Positions 1-13,829 of a DNA stretch of 64,000 bases are shown in pieces. Under the pieces are notes generated by a model. It was not told the origin of the DNA. It saw only the letters and a list, made by a program, of their open reading frames with translations, and searched no databases. Position numbers and translations under genes: made by a program. This stretch comes from Pristiophorus japonicus (taxonomy: Eukaryota). The DNA lies in contig NC_092007.1 of NCBI RefSeq assembly GCF_044704955.1, positions 10,354,001 through 10,418,000 on the forward strand. Reading direction: 5' to 3'. The number at the start of each line of letters is the position of its first letter. The first letter of the stretch is position 1.

Positions 1-3000
1 CTCACTCCCGGCCCAATACACTCTGCACTGGCTCACTCCCGGCACAATACACTCTGCACTAGCTCACTCCCGGCCCAATACACTCTGCACTGGCTCACTC
101 CCGGCCCAACACACTCTGCACTGGCTCACTCCCGGCATAATACACTCTGCACTGGCTCACTCCCAGCCCAATACACTCTGCACTGGCTCACTCCCAGCGT
201 AATACACTCTGCACTGGCTCACTCCCAGCGTAATACACTTTGCAGTGGCTCACTCCCGGCCCAATACACTCTGCACTGGCTCACTCCCGGCCCAATACAC
301 TCTGCACTGGCTCACTCCCGGCACAATACACTCTGCACTGGCTCACTCCCAGCGTAATACACTCTGCACTGGCTCACTCCCGGCCCAATACACTCTGCAC
401 TGGCTCACTCCCGGCCCAATACACTCTGCACTGGCTCACTCCCGGCCCAATACACTCTGCACTGGCTCACTCCTGGCTCACTCCCGGCCCAATACACTCT
501 GCACTAGCTCACTCCTGGCTCACTCCCGGCCCAATACACTCTGCACTAGCTCACTCCCGGCCCAATACACTCTGCACTGGCTCATTCCCGGCCCAATACA
601 CTCTGCACTGGCTCACTCCCGGCCCAATACACTCTGCAGTGGCTCATTCCCGGCCCAATACACTCTGCACTGGCTCACTCCCGGCCCAATACACTCTGCA
701 CTGGCTCACTCCCGGCCCAATACACTCTGCACTGGCTCACTCCCGGCCCAATACACTCTGCACTGGCTCACTCCCGGCCCAATACACTCTGCACTGGCTC
801 ACTCCCGGCCCAATGCACTCTGCACTGGCTCACTCCCGGCCCAATACACTCTGCACTGGCTCACTCCCAGCCCAATACACTCTGCACTGGCTCACTCCCG
901 GCCCAATACACTCTGCACTAGCTCACTCCCGGCCAAATACACTCTGCACTGGCTCACTCCCGGCACAACACACTCTGCACTGGCTCACTCCCGGCACAAT
1001 ACACTCTGCACTGGCTCACTCCCGGCCCAATACACTCTGCACTGGCTCACTCCCGGCCCAATACACTCTGCACTGGCTCACTCCCGGCACAATACACTCT
1101 GCACTGGCTCACTCCCGGCGTAATACACTCTGCACTAGCTCACTCCCGGCCCAATACACTCTGCACTGGCTCACTCCCGGCCCAATACACTCTGCACTAG
1201 CTCACTCCCGGCCCAATACACTCTGCACTGGCTCACTCCCGGCCCAATACACTCTGCACTGGCTCACTCCCGGGCCAATACACTCTGCACTGGCTCACTC
1301 CCGGCCCAATACACTCTGCACTGGCTCACTCCCGGCCCAATACACTCTGCACTAGCTCACTCCCGGCACAATACACTCTGCACTGGCACACTCCCGGCCC
1401 AATACACTCTGCACTAGCTCACTCCCGGGCCAATACACTCTGCACTGGCTCACTCCCGGCACAATACACTCTGCACTAGCTCACTCCCGGCCCAATACAC
1501 TCTGCACTGGCTCACTCCCGGCCCAATACACTCTGCACTGGCTCACTCCCGGCCCAATACACTCTGCACTGGCTCACTCCCGGCCCAATACACTCTGCAC
1601 TGGCTCACTCCCGGCACAATACACTCTGCACTAGCTCACTCCCGGCCCAATACACTCTGCACTGGCTCACTCCCGGCCCAACACACTCTGCACTGGCTCA
1701 CTCCCGGCATAATACACTCTGCACTGGCTCACTCCCAGCCCAATACACTCTGCACTGGCTCACTCCCAGCGTAATACACTCTGCACTGGCTCACTCCCAG
1801 CGTAATACACTTTGCAGTGGCTCACTCCCGGCCCAATACACTCTGCACTGGCTCACTCCCGGCCCAATACACTCTGCACTGGCTCACTCCCGGCACAATA
1901 CACTCTGCACTGGCTCACTCCCAGCGTAATACACTCTGCACTGGCTCACTCCCGGCCCAATACATTCTGCACTGGCTCACTCCCGGCCCAATACACTCTG
2001 CACTGGCTCACTCCCGGCCCAATACACTCTGCACTGGCTCACTCCCGGCCCAATACACTATGCACTGGCTCACTCCCAGCACAATACACTCTGCACTGGC
2101 TCACTCCCGGCCCAATACACTCTGCACTGGCTCACTCGCAGGCCAATACACTCTGCACTGGCTCACTCCCGGCCCAATACACTCTGCACTAGCTCACTCC
2201 CGGCCCAATACACTCTGCACTGGCTCACTCCCGGCCCAATATACTCTGCACTGGCTCACTCCCGGCACAATACACTCTGCACTGGCTCACTCCCGGCACA
2301 ATACACTCTGCACTGGCTCACTCCCGGCTCAATACACTCTGCACTGGCTCACTCCCGGCACAATACACTCTACACTGGCTCACTCCCAGCGTAATACACT
2401 CTGCACGGGCTCACTCCCGGCCCAATACACTCTGCACTGGCTCACTCCCAGTGTAATACACTCTGCACTGGCTCACTCCCGGCACAACACACTCTGCACT
2501 GGCTCACTCCCGGCCCAATACACTCTGCACTGGCTCACTCCCGGCCCAATACACTCTGCACTGGCTCACTCCCGGCCCAATACACTCTGCACTCACGGCG
2601 TAATACACTCTGCACTGGCTCACTCCCGGCCCAATACACTCTGCACTGGCTCACTCCCAGCGTAATACACTCTGCACTGGCTCACTCCCGGCCCAATACA
2701 CTCTGCACTGGCTCACTCCCGGCCCAATACACTCTGCACTGGCTCACTCCCGGCCCAACACACTCTTCACTGGCTCACTCCCGGCCCAATACACTCTGCA
2801 CTGGCTCACTCCCGGCCCAACACACTCTGCACTGGCTCACTCCCGGCCCAATACACTCTGCACTAGCTCACTCCCGGCCCAACACACTCTGCACTGGCTC
2901 ACTCCCGGCATAATACACTCTGCAGTGGCTCACTCCCAGCGTAATACACTCTGCACTGGCTCACTCCCGGCCCAACACACTCTGCACTGGTTCACTCCCG

Positions 3001-6000
3001 GCCCAATGCACTCTGCACTGGCTCACTCCCGGGCCAAGACACTCTGCACTGGCTCACTCCCGGCCCAATACACTCTGCACTGGCTCACTCCCGGCCCAAT
3101 ACACTCTGCACTGGCTCACTCCCGGCCCAATACACTCTGCACTGGCTCACTCCCGGCATAATACACTCTGCACTGGCTCACTCCCAGCCCAATACACTCT
3201 GCACTGGCTCACTCCCAGCGTAATACACTCTGCACTGGCTCACTCCCGGCCCAATACACTCTGCACTGGCTCACTCCCGGCCCAATACACTCTGCACTGG
3301 CTCACTCCCGGCCCAATACACTCTGCACTGGCTCACTCCCGGCCCAATACACTCTGCACTGGCTCACTCCTGGCTCACTCCCGGCCCAATACACTCTGCA
3401 CTAGCTCACTCCTGGCTCACTCCCGGCCCAATACACTCTGCACTAGCTCACTCCCGGCCCAATACACTCTGCACTGGCTCATTCCCGGCCCAATACACTC
3501 TGCACTGGCTCACTCCCGGCCCAATACACTCTGCAGTGGCTCATTCCCGGCCCAATACACTCTGCACTGGCTCACTCCCGGCCCAATACACTCTGCACTG
3601 GCTCACTCCCGGCCCAATACACTCTGCACTGGCTCACTCCCGGCCCAATACACTCTGCACTGGCTCACTCCCGGCCCAATACACTCTGCACTGGCTCACT
3701 CCCGGCCCAATACACTCTGCACTGGCTCACTCCCGGCCCAATACACTCTGCACTGGCTCACTCCCTGCCCAATACACTCTGCACTGGCTCACTCCCGGCC
3801 CAATACACTCTGCACTAGCTCACTCCCGGCCAAATACACTCTGCACTGGCTCACTCCCGGCACAACACACTCTGCACTGGCTCACTCCCGGCACAATACA
3901 CTCTGCACTGGCTCACTCCCGGCACAATACACTCTGCACTAGCTCACTCCCGGCCCAATACACTCTGCACTGGCTCACTCCCGGCCCAACACACTCTGCA
4001 CTGGCTCACTCCCGGCATAATACACTCTGCACTGGCTCACTCCCAGCCCAATACACTCTGCACTGGCTCACTCCCAGCGTAATACACTCTGCACTGGCTC
4101 ACTCCCAGCGTAATACACTTTGCAGTGGCTCACTCCCGGCCCAATACACTCTGCACTGGCTCACTCCCGGCCCAATACACTCTGCACTGGCTCACTCCCG
4201 GCACAATACACTCTGCACTGGCTCACTCCCAGCGTAATACACTCTGCACTGGCTCACTCCCGGCCCAATACATTCTGCACTGGCTCACTCCCGGCCCAAT
4301 ACACTCTGCACTGGCTCACTCCCGGCCCAATACACTCTGCACTGGCTCACTCCCGGCCCAATACACTATGCACTGGCTCACTCCCAGCACAATACACTCT
4401 GCACTGGCTCACTCCCGGCCCAATACACTCTGCACTGGTTCACTCGCAGGCCAATACACTCTGCACTGGCTCACTCCCGGCCCAATACACTCTGCACTGG
4501 CTCACTCCCGGCCCAATACACTCTGCACTGGCTCACTCCCGGCCCAATATACTCTGCACTGGCTCACTCCCGGCACAATACACTCTGCACTGGCTCACTC
4601 CCGGCACAATACACTCTGCACTGGCTCACTCCCGGCTCAATACACTCTGCACTGGCTCACTCCCGGCACAATACACTCTACACTGGCTCACTCCCAGCGT
4701 AATACACTCTGCACGGGCTCACTCCCGGCCCAATACACTCTGCACTGGCTCACTCCCAGTGTAATACACTCTGCACTGGCTCACTCCCGGCACAACACAC
4801 TCTGCACTGGCTCACTCCCGGCCCAATACACTCTGCACTGGCTCACTCCCGGCCCAATACACTCTGCACTGGCTCACTCCCGGCCCAATACACTCTGCAC
4901 TCACGGCGTAATACACTCTGCACTGGCTCACTCCCGGCCCAATACACTCTGCACTGGCTCACTCCCAGCGTAATACACTCTGCACTGGCTCACTCCCGGC
5001 CCAATACACTCTGCACTGGCTCACTCCCGGCCCAATACACTCTGCACTGGCTCACTCCCGGCCCAACACACTCTTCACTGGCTCACTCCCGGCCCAATAC
5101 ACTCTGCACTGGCTCACTCCTGGCCCAACACACTCTGCACTGGCTCACTCCCGGCCCAATACACTCTGCACTGGCTCACTCCCGGCCCAACACACTCTGC
5201 ACTGGCTCACTCCCGGCATAATACACTCTGCAGTGGCTCACTCCCAGCGTAATACACTCTGCACTGGCTCACTCCCGGCCCAACACACTCTGCACTGGTT
5301 CACTCCCGGCCCAATGCACTCTGCACTGGCTCACTCCCGGGCCAAGACACTCTGCACTGGCTCACTCCCGGCCCAATACACTCTGCACTGGCTCACTCCC
5401 GGCCCAATACACTCTGCACTGGCTCACTCCCGGCCCAATACACTCTGCACTGGCTCACTCCCGGCATAATACACTCTGCACTGGCTCACTCCCAGCCCAA
5501 TACACTCTGCACTGGCTCACTCCCAGCGTAATACACTCTGCACTGGCTCACTCCCGGCCCAATACACTCTGCACTGGCTCACTCCCGGCCCAATACACTC
5601 TGCACTGGCTCACTCCCGGCCCAATACACTCTGCACTGGCTCACTCCCGGCCCAATACACTCTGCACTGGCTCACTCCTGGCTCACTCCCGGCCCAATAC
5701 ACTCTGCACTAGCTCACTCCTGGCTCACTCCCGGCCCAATACACTCTGCACTAGCTCACTCCCGGCCCAATACACTCTGCACTGGCTCATTCCCGGCCCA
5801 ATACACTCTGCACTGGCTCACTCCCGGCCCAATACACTCTGCAGTGGCTCATTCCCGGCCCAATACACTCTGCACTGGCTCACTCCCGGCCCAATACACT
5901 CTGCACTGGCTCACTCCCTGCCCAATACACTCTGCACTGGCTCACTCCCGGCCCAATACACTCTGCACTAGCTCACTCCCGGCCAAATACACTCTGCACT

Positions 6001-8315
6001 GGCTCACTCCCGGCACAACACACTCTGCACTGGCTCACTCCCGGCACAATACACTCTGCACTGGCTCACTCCCGGCCCAATACACTCTGCACTGGCTCAC
6101 TCCCGGCCCAATACACTCTGCACTGGCTCACTCCCGGCACAATACACTCTGCACTGGCTCACTCCCGGCGTAATACACTCTGCACTAGCTCACTCCCGGC
6201 CCAATACACTCTGCACTGGCTCACTCCCGGCCCAATACACTCTGCACTAGCTCACTCCCGGTCCAATACACTCTGCACTGGCTCACTCCCGGCCCAATAC
6301 ACTCTGCACTGGCTCACTCCCGGGCCAATACACTCTGCACTGGCTCACTCCCGGCCCAATACACTCTGCACTGGCTCACTCCCGGCCCAATACACTCTGC
6401 ACTAGCTCACTCCCGGCACAATACACTCTGCACTGGCACACTCCCGGCCCAATACACTCTGCACTAGCTCACTCCCGGGCCAATACACTCTGCACTGGCT
6501 CACTCCCGGCACAATACACTCTGCACTAGCTCACTCCCGGCCCAATACACTCTGCACTGGCTCACTCCCGGCCCAATACACTCTGCACTGGCTCACTCCC
6601 GGCCCAATACACTCTGCACTGGCTCACTCCCGGCCCAATACACTCTGCACTGGCTCACTCCCGGCACAATACACTCTGCACTAGCTCACTCCCGGCCCAA
6701 TACACTCTGCACTGGCTCACTCCCGGCCCAACACACTCTGCACTGGCTCACTCCCGGCATAATACACTCTGCACTGGCTCACTCCCAGCCCAATACACTC
6801 TGCACTGGCTCACTCCCAGCGTAATACACTCTGCACTGGCTCACTCCCAGCGTAATACACTTTGCAGTGGCTCACTCCCGGCCCAATACACTCTGCACTG
6901 GCTCACTCCCGGCCCAATACACTCTGCACTGGCTCACTCCCGGCACAATACACTCTGCACTGGCTCACTCCCAGCGTAATACACTCTGCACTGGCTCACT
7001 CCCGGCCCAATACACTCTGCACTGGCTCACTCCCGGCCCAATACACTCTGCACTGGCTCACTCCCGGCCCAATACACTCTGCACTGGCTCACTCCTGGCT
7101 CACTCCCGGCCCAATACACTCTGCACTAGCTCACTCCTGGCTCACTCCCGGCCCAATACACTCTGCACTAGCTCACTCCCGGCCCAATACACTCTGCACT
7201 GGCTCATTCCCGGCCCAATACACTCTGCACTGGCTCACTCCCGGCCCAATACACTCTGCAGTGGCTCATTCCCGGCCCAATACACTCTGCACTGGCTCAC
7301 TCCCGGCCCAATACACTCTGCACTGGCTCACTCCCGGCCCAATACACTCTGCACTGGCTCACTCCCGGCCCAATACACTCTGCACTGGCTCACTCCCGGC
7401 CCAATACACTCTGCACTAGCTCACTCCCGGCCAAATACACTCTGCACTGGCTCACTCCCGGCACAACACACTCTGCACTGGCTCACTCCCGGCACAATAC
7501 ACTCTGCACTGGCTCACTCCCGGCCCAATACACTCTGCACTGGCTCACTCCCGGCCCAATACACTCTGCACTGGCTCACTCCCGGCCCAATACACTCTGC
7601 ACTAGCTCACTCCCGGCCCAATACACTCTGCACTGGCTCACTCCCGGCCCAATACACTCTGCACTGGCTCACTCCCGGGCCAATACACTCTGCACTGGCT
7701 CACTCCCGGCCCAATACACTCTGCACTGGCTCACTCCCGGCCCAATACACTCTGCACTAGCTCACTCCCGGCACAATACACTCTGCACTGGCACACTCCC
7801 GGCCCAATACACTCTGCACTAGCTCACTCCCGGGCCAATACACTCTGCACTGGCTCACTCCCGGCACAATACACTCTGCACTAGCTCACTCCCGGCCCAA
7901 TACACTCTGCACTGGCTCACTCCCGGCCCAATACACTCTGCACTGGCTCACTCCCGGCCCAATACACTCTGCACTGGCTCACTCCCGGCCCAATACACTC
8001 TGCACTGGCTCACTCCCGGCACAATACACTCTGCACTAGCTCACTCCCGGCCCAATACACTCTGCACTGGCTCACTCCCGGCCCAACACACTCTGCACTG
8101 GCTCACTCCCGGCATAATACACTCTGCACTGGCTCACTCCCAGCCCAATACACTCTGCACTGGCTCACTCCCGGCCCAAAACACTCTGCACTGGCTCACT
8201 CCCGGCACAATACACTCTGCACTGGCTCACTCCCAGCGTAATACACTCTGCACTGGCTCACTCCCGGCCCAATACACTCTGCACTGGCTCACTCCCGGCC
8301 CAATACACTCTGCAC
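1..8315. repeat. 31-bp satellite array (~270 units, open at window start)
   Basis: Unit CTGGCTCACTCCCGGCCCAATACACTCTGCA in tandem with point variants; ends abruptly at ...TGCAC|TTTGCGATG. Confidence 0.98.
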
Positions 8316-8490
8316 TTTGCGATGGGAAATGGTCAGCCACCGCCATTGCGAGCGGTAACCTTTGGAGACCGGGACTTGAGCTGAGCAACTGAAATGCTGA
8401 TTTCAGTCACATGGATCCATTCCCAGATCTCACTCAATTCCACAGGCACAGATTGTCATTAGTTTGTGGGGTGCGGGGAGAAAATAACTG

Positions 8491-8733
8491 GGGGCAATAT
8501 TGAGGGAGCGGCGCACTGTCGGAGGGGCAGTACTGAGGGAGCACCGCACTGTCGGAGGGGCAGTACTGAGGGAGCACCGCACTGTCGGAGGGGCAGTACT
8601 GAGGGAACACCGCACTGTCGGAGGGGCAGTACTGACAGAACACCGCACTGTCGGAGGGGCAGTACTGTGGGAGCGCCGCACTGTCGGAGGGGCAGTACTG
8701 AGGGAGCGCTGCACTGTCAGAGGGCGGTACTGA
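8491..8733 (-). repeat. 33-bp minisatellite, ~7 units
   Basis: GGAGGGGCAGTACTGAGGGAGCACCGCACTGTC units; reverse complement of the 14.6-22.8 kb satellite unit. Confidence 0.95.
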
Positions 8734-8820
8734 AGGCCCGGTGTCATGGGAAAGACACACAGCCCAGGGTCTGTCCCTTTCCTCCCGCTCTCTCCCTCCT
8801 CCCACCCCTCCTCTTTATAA

Positions 8821-9884
8821 GAACAGGAGGAGGCCCATTCAGCCCATCGAGCCAGTTACACAGGAACAGGAGGAGGCCCATTCAGCCCCTCGAGCCTGTT
8901 ACACAGGAACAGGAGGAGGCCCATTCAGCCCCTCGAGCCTGTTACACAGGAACAGGAGGAGGCCCATTCAGCCCCTCGAGCCTGTTACACAGGAACAGGA
9001 GGAGGCCCATTCAGCCCCTCGAGCCTGTTACACAGGAACAGGAGGAGGCCCATTCAGCCCCTCGAGCCTGTTACGCAGGAACAGGAGGAGACACATTCAG
9101 CCCCTCGAGCCTGTTACACAGGAACAGGAGGAGTCCCATTCAGCCCCTAGAGCCTGTTACACAGGAACAGGAGGAGACCCATTCAGCCCCTCGAGCCTGT
9201 TACACAGGAACAGGAGGAGGCCCATTCAGCCCCTCGAGCCTGTTACACAGGAACAAGAGGAGACCCATTCAGCCCCTCGAGCCTGTTACACAGGAACAGG
9301 AGGAGGCCCATTCAGTCCCTCGAGCCTGTTACACAGGAACAGGAAGAAGCCCATTCAGCCCCTCGAGTCTGTTACACAGGAACAGGAGGAGCCCCATTCA
9401 GCCCCTCGAGCCTGTTACACAGGAACAGGAGGAGGCCCATTCAGCCCCTCGAGCCTGTTACGCAGGAACAGGAGGAGACCCATTCAGCCCCTCGAGCCTG
9501 ATACACAGGAACAGGAGGAGTTCCATTCAGCCCCTAGAGCCTGTTACACAGGAACAGGAGGAGACCCATTCAGCCCCTCGAGCCTGTTACACAGGAACAG
9601 GAGGAGACCCATTCAGCCCCTCGGGCCTGTTACACAGGGAACAGGAGGCAGCCCATTCAGCCCCTCGAGCCTGTTACACAGGAACAGGAGGAGGCCCATT
9701 CAGCCCCTCGAGCCTGTTACACAGGAACAGGAGGAGACCCATTCAGCCCCTCGAGCCTGTTACACAGGAACAGGAGGAGACCCATTCAGCCCCTCGAGCC
9801 ATTCAATTAGATCATTAGCTGAGATGTACCTCGACTCCAATTACCCGCCTTTTCTCCATATCCCTTGAAAACCTTACCCAACAA
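8821..9884 (-). repeat. 43-bp minisatellite (~23 units) in a CR1 3'-end remnant
   Basis: Unit GAACAGGAGGAGGCCCATTCAGCCCCTCGAGCCTGTTACACAG; runs into CCATTCAATTAGATCAT...CCATATCCCTTGA like the CR1 3' ends at ~26866 and ~62331. Confidence 0.9.
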
Positions 9885-9894
9885 CATTCCCACT

Positions 9895-10170
9895 GAGCAG
9901 TACCGGCTTCACACATCAGAGGGCGGTGGTGCGCTGCAGTATCACACTTTCTCAGTAGAGGGCAGAGTTGGCCTGCGGTACCACAGTCTCTCACCAGAGG
10001 GCGGTGTTGCGCTGCAGTACCACATTCTCTCAGTAGAGGGCAGAGTTGGCCTGCGGTACCACAGTCTCTCACCAGAGGGAGGTGTTGCGCTGCAGTACCA
10101 CATTCTCTCAGGAGAGGGCAGAGCTGGGCTGCGGTACCACCGTCTCTCACCAGAGGGCGGTGTCATACCA
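9895..10170. repeat. 78-bp tandem repeat (two ~39-bp sub-units), ~3.5 copies
   Basis: GCGCTGCAGTA recurs at ~9931, ~10009 and ~10088. Confidence 0.85.
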
Positions 10171-10189
10171 CAACACCGCCTTCATTCAC

Positions 10190-11055
10190 TGAAAAGTGAA
10201 TGTACCTTTCCGCGATGCTATGGGCTGTTGTTTGGGGGTCTCTCCTCGTGCTGCGATGATTTGGGAGATGTCCGACTGTCTGTGTGGCCTCAAGACACAC
10301 GACTTTTGATTACTCCAGGATCAACTGGACCTTCCTCATCGTTGCGACTGAGTGTACTTCAGTGTCCAGGATACACTGAACCCTCCATTGGTTGCTGCTG
10401 GGTTTGTTCCAGTATCTGAGACACACTGAACATCATCATGGCTGTGGCTTTTTCACCACACACTCTCTCTTTACCATAATCGGTACTTGTTTCGTCTACC
10501 CCGGCGAGCGGAGGCTAGAATTCCAGTCTCTGAATACTGGGTTGACGTCGGGCGAGGTCACCCCGCTCCCCATCGTATCTAGCCGGCCCCTCCTGGTCGG
10601 GCCTTGTTCGTCAGGCTGAGGACCCGTCCATGTAAAAAGGGTCTTCCTGATGGAGCACAATCTACTGGGTGTCAAAGCAGGAGAAGGAATGAGCTGCCTC
10701 ATTGTTCAAATAACAATTCTGGAGATGTCGCTGGCGAGGCCGACATTTATTGCCCATTCCCTCGTCGCCCCTGGAGAAGGTGGTGGTGGACCTTCTTGAA
10801 CCGCCGGCGTCCCGTGCGGTGAAGATGCTCCCGCGGTGCCGTTAGGTCGAGAGTTGCGGGATTTTGACCCAGTGGCGATGACGAAACGGACGATATATCT
10901 CCGAGCCGGGGACGGTGTGTGTGAGACTCGGAGGGGGAACCTGGAGGCGATGGTGTTCCCATGCGCCGGCTGCCCTTGTCCTTCGAGGAGGGAGGCTGGA
11001 GGTGGCGGGTTTGGGAGGTTTTGTCCAAGGACGTGGCGCCGAACACAGAAGAGGA
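10190..11055 (-). repeat. Distal part of a ~1.3-kb dispersed unit (paralog of 40290-41180)
   Basis: Reverse complement aligns by eye to 40290-41180; ORF-track peptides 10604+ and 40516- are near-identical; includes a CpG-rich CR1-type 3' fragment (~10730-11020). Confidence 0.9.
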
Positions 11056-13745
11056 ATCATCATCGGCTGTCCCTTGGAATCGAGGAAGACTTGCTTCCAC
11101 TCCTGAAGTGAGTTGTTTGGTGGCTGAACAGTCCAATACGAGAGCCACAGTCCCTGTCACAGGTGGGAAATATAGTCATTGAGGGAAGGGCTGGGTGAGA
11201 CTGGTTTGCCGCACGCTCTTTCCGTTGCCTGCCCTTGATTTCTGCACGCTCTCAGCGTTGAGACTTGGAAGTGCTCAATGCCCTCCCGGATACACTTTCT
11301 CCACTTAGGGCGGTCTTTGGCCAGGGACTCCCAGGTGTCAGTGGTGATGTCGCATTTTATCAGGGAGGCTTGTAACATTTCCGCTGCTCACCTTTGGCTC
11401 ATTTGCCGTGAAGGAGCACCACATAGAGCACTTGCTTTGGGAGTCTCGTGTCTGGCATGCGAACTATGTGGCCTGCCCAGCGAAGCTGATCGAGTGTGGT
11501 CAGTGCTTCAATGCTGGAAATATTAGCCTGGACGAGGACAGTGATGTTGGTGCGCCTGTCCTACCAGGCAATTTGTAGGATCTTGTGGAGACATCGTTGG
11601 TGATATATCTCCAGCGACTTGAGGTGTCTTCTGTACATCGTCTATGCCTCTGAGCCATACAGGATGGCGGGTATTACTACAGCCCTATAGACCATGAGCT
11701 TGGTAGTAGATTTGAGGGCCTAGTCTTCGAACACTCTTTTCCTCAGGCGGCTGAAGGCTGCACTGGAGGCGGTGTTGAATCTCTGCATCAATGTCTGGTT
11801 TTGTTGGTAAGAGGCTTCTGAGGTATGGGAAATGGTCCACGTTGTCGAGGGCCGACCGTGGATCTTGATGACTGGGGGGCAGTGCTGTGCCGCGAGGACA
11901 GGTTGGTGGAGGACCTTTGTCTTATGGATGTTTTGTGTAAGGCCCATGCTTTATTATGCCTCAGTAAATACATTGAATATATTCTGGAGTTCAGCCTCAG
12001 AATTTGTGCAGACGCAGGCGTCGTCCACGTACTGTAGCTCAGTGACAGAGGTTGGGGTGACCTTGGTTAAACAGCTTCCCACTGGTTCTGCAGTTTAGTT
12101 CCACTCCAGCGGGGAGCTTGTTGACTGCAAGGTGGACCATGACAGCGAGGAAGATTGAGAAGAGGTTTGGAGCGATGACACAGCCCTGTTTGACCCCGGT
12201 CCGGACATGGATTGGGTCTGCAATGGATCCATTGATAAGGATCACGGCCTGCATGTCGTTGTGGAGCAGGCGAAGGATGTTGACAAACTTTTGGGGGCAT
12301 CCGAAACGCAGGAGGACACTCCATAGACCCTCGCAGTTGACAGTGTCAAAGGCTTTTGTAAGGTCGAAAAAGGCCATGTATAAGGGCTGGCGCTGCTCCC
12401 TGCTTTTTTCCTGCAGCTGTCGCGCTGCAAAGATCATGTCCGTTGTGCCCCGTAGGGAACGAAATCCGCACGGTGACTCTGGGAGGAGCTCCTCGGCCAC
12501 AGGGTGAAGACGGTTGAGGAGAACTCTAGCGACAACTTTCCCAGTGGCTGATAGCAGAGATTCCCGTGTAATTGCCGCAGTCGGACTTGCCCCCTTTTTT
12601 AAAGATGGTCACGTTCATTGCATCTCTGAGATCCCCCGGCATGCTCTCCTCCCTCCAGATGAGAGAGATGAGGTCATGTATCCACGCCAACAGCGCCTCT
12701 CCACCATAAGTTAGCACCTCAGCAGGGATTCCATCCTTGTTGTTCTTGAGCTGTTTTATGGCTCGTGCAACATTGGGGTTTCACTGAGGTGGTGGCGGGT
12801 CGCATGCTGCGGGATGGAGTCGAGAACACTCGAGTCAAAGGCAGAGTGTCGATTGAGGAGATCTTCGAAGTGCTCCTTTCAGCGTGTCCTGACTGCCTCA
12901 GTGTCTTTGATGAGTGTTTCCCTGTTCTTGGCCAGCAGTGGGGTGGGGCCTTGGGAGTTTGGACCGTAGATGGCCTTGACTGCGATGAAGAATCCTCGCA
13001 TATCGTGGTTGTCAACCAGTTGTTATATCTCCTGTACTTTCTCCATCCACCACATGTTCTTTAGGTCCTGGGTTTTTTGTTGGACCTCAGCCTTGAGCCG
13101 TCTGTAATGTTGCTTTGCTGCTCCCGAGTTGGGTTGTTACTTGAGGTTCAAAACTGCTCTGCGCTTGTGGTCTATTAGTTCTTGGATCTCCTGATCATTC
13201 TCATCAAACCAGTCCTGGTGTTTTCTGGTTGAGTGACCAAGTGTCTCTTCACAGGCACTGGTTATGGAGGCCTGGAGGGCAGACCAAGCGCTGTGGGCAT
13301 TCAGCATCTCAGGGTCATCAAGGCACGCCAGGTTAGCTGTGAGGCGCTGGCTGTATAGGGCTCTCTCAGCTGGGTCTCTAAGTGCCCCGGCATTGACTTT
13401 TTTGCGGCACTGCTTCTGCTGTCCCCTCTGCTTTGGGTCTATGTTAATATCGATGATGGATCGGATTAGGTGGTGGTCCGCCCAGCAGTCGTCAGCTCCT
13501 GTCATGGCGCGGGTGATGCGCACATCCTTGCGATCCCTGGCTCGGACGGTGACATAGCCGAGCAGGTGCCAGTGTTTGGAGCGAGGGTGTTGCCACGATG
13601 TCCCTCTGGCGGAACAAGGTGTTGGTGATGAGAAGTTCATGTTCTAGACTTTTTGTCAGGAGTAGAGTACCGCTGGAGTTGTCTTTCCCTGCCCGCCCCC
13701 CCGCCCCTCTCTGCCAATCAGGCCTCCCCAGAGAGCTGTGCCTTT
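11056..13745 (-). mobile_element. RTE-clade LINE, 5'-truncated and disrupted
   Basis: Peptides LPESPCGFRSLRGTTDMIF..RQLQEK..DLTKAFDTV, GVKQGCVIAP, ELQYVDD and endonuclease WQHPRSKHWH; (GAT)n tail at ~11056. Confidence 0.93.
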
Positions 13746-13829
13746 GCTGCCACGGAGTCCCTTCGATCGGTTAAATGTCGGCCACTGAGTCCCTTCGGCC
13801 AACTCGAAGCCGGCCTCTGAGTCCCGACC

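Noticed and set aside
240-7760. Long HWLTPGPIHSALAHSRPNTLC ORFs
   Set aside because: The 31-bp unit is not a multiple of 3 and gives the same peptide in all frames; satellite artefact.
8466-9868. 450-aa and 375-aa ORFs
   Set aside because: Translations of the 33- and 43-bp arrays.
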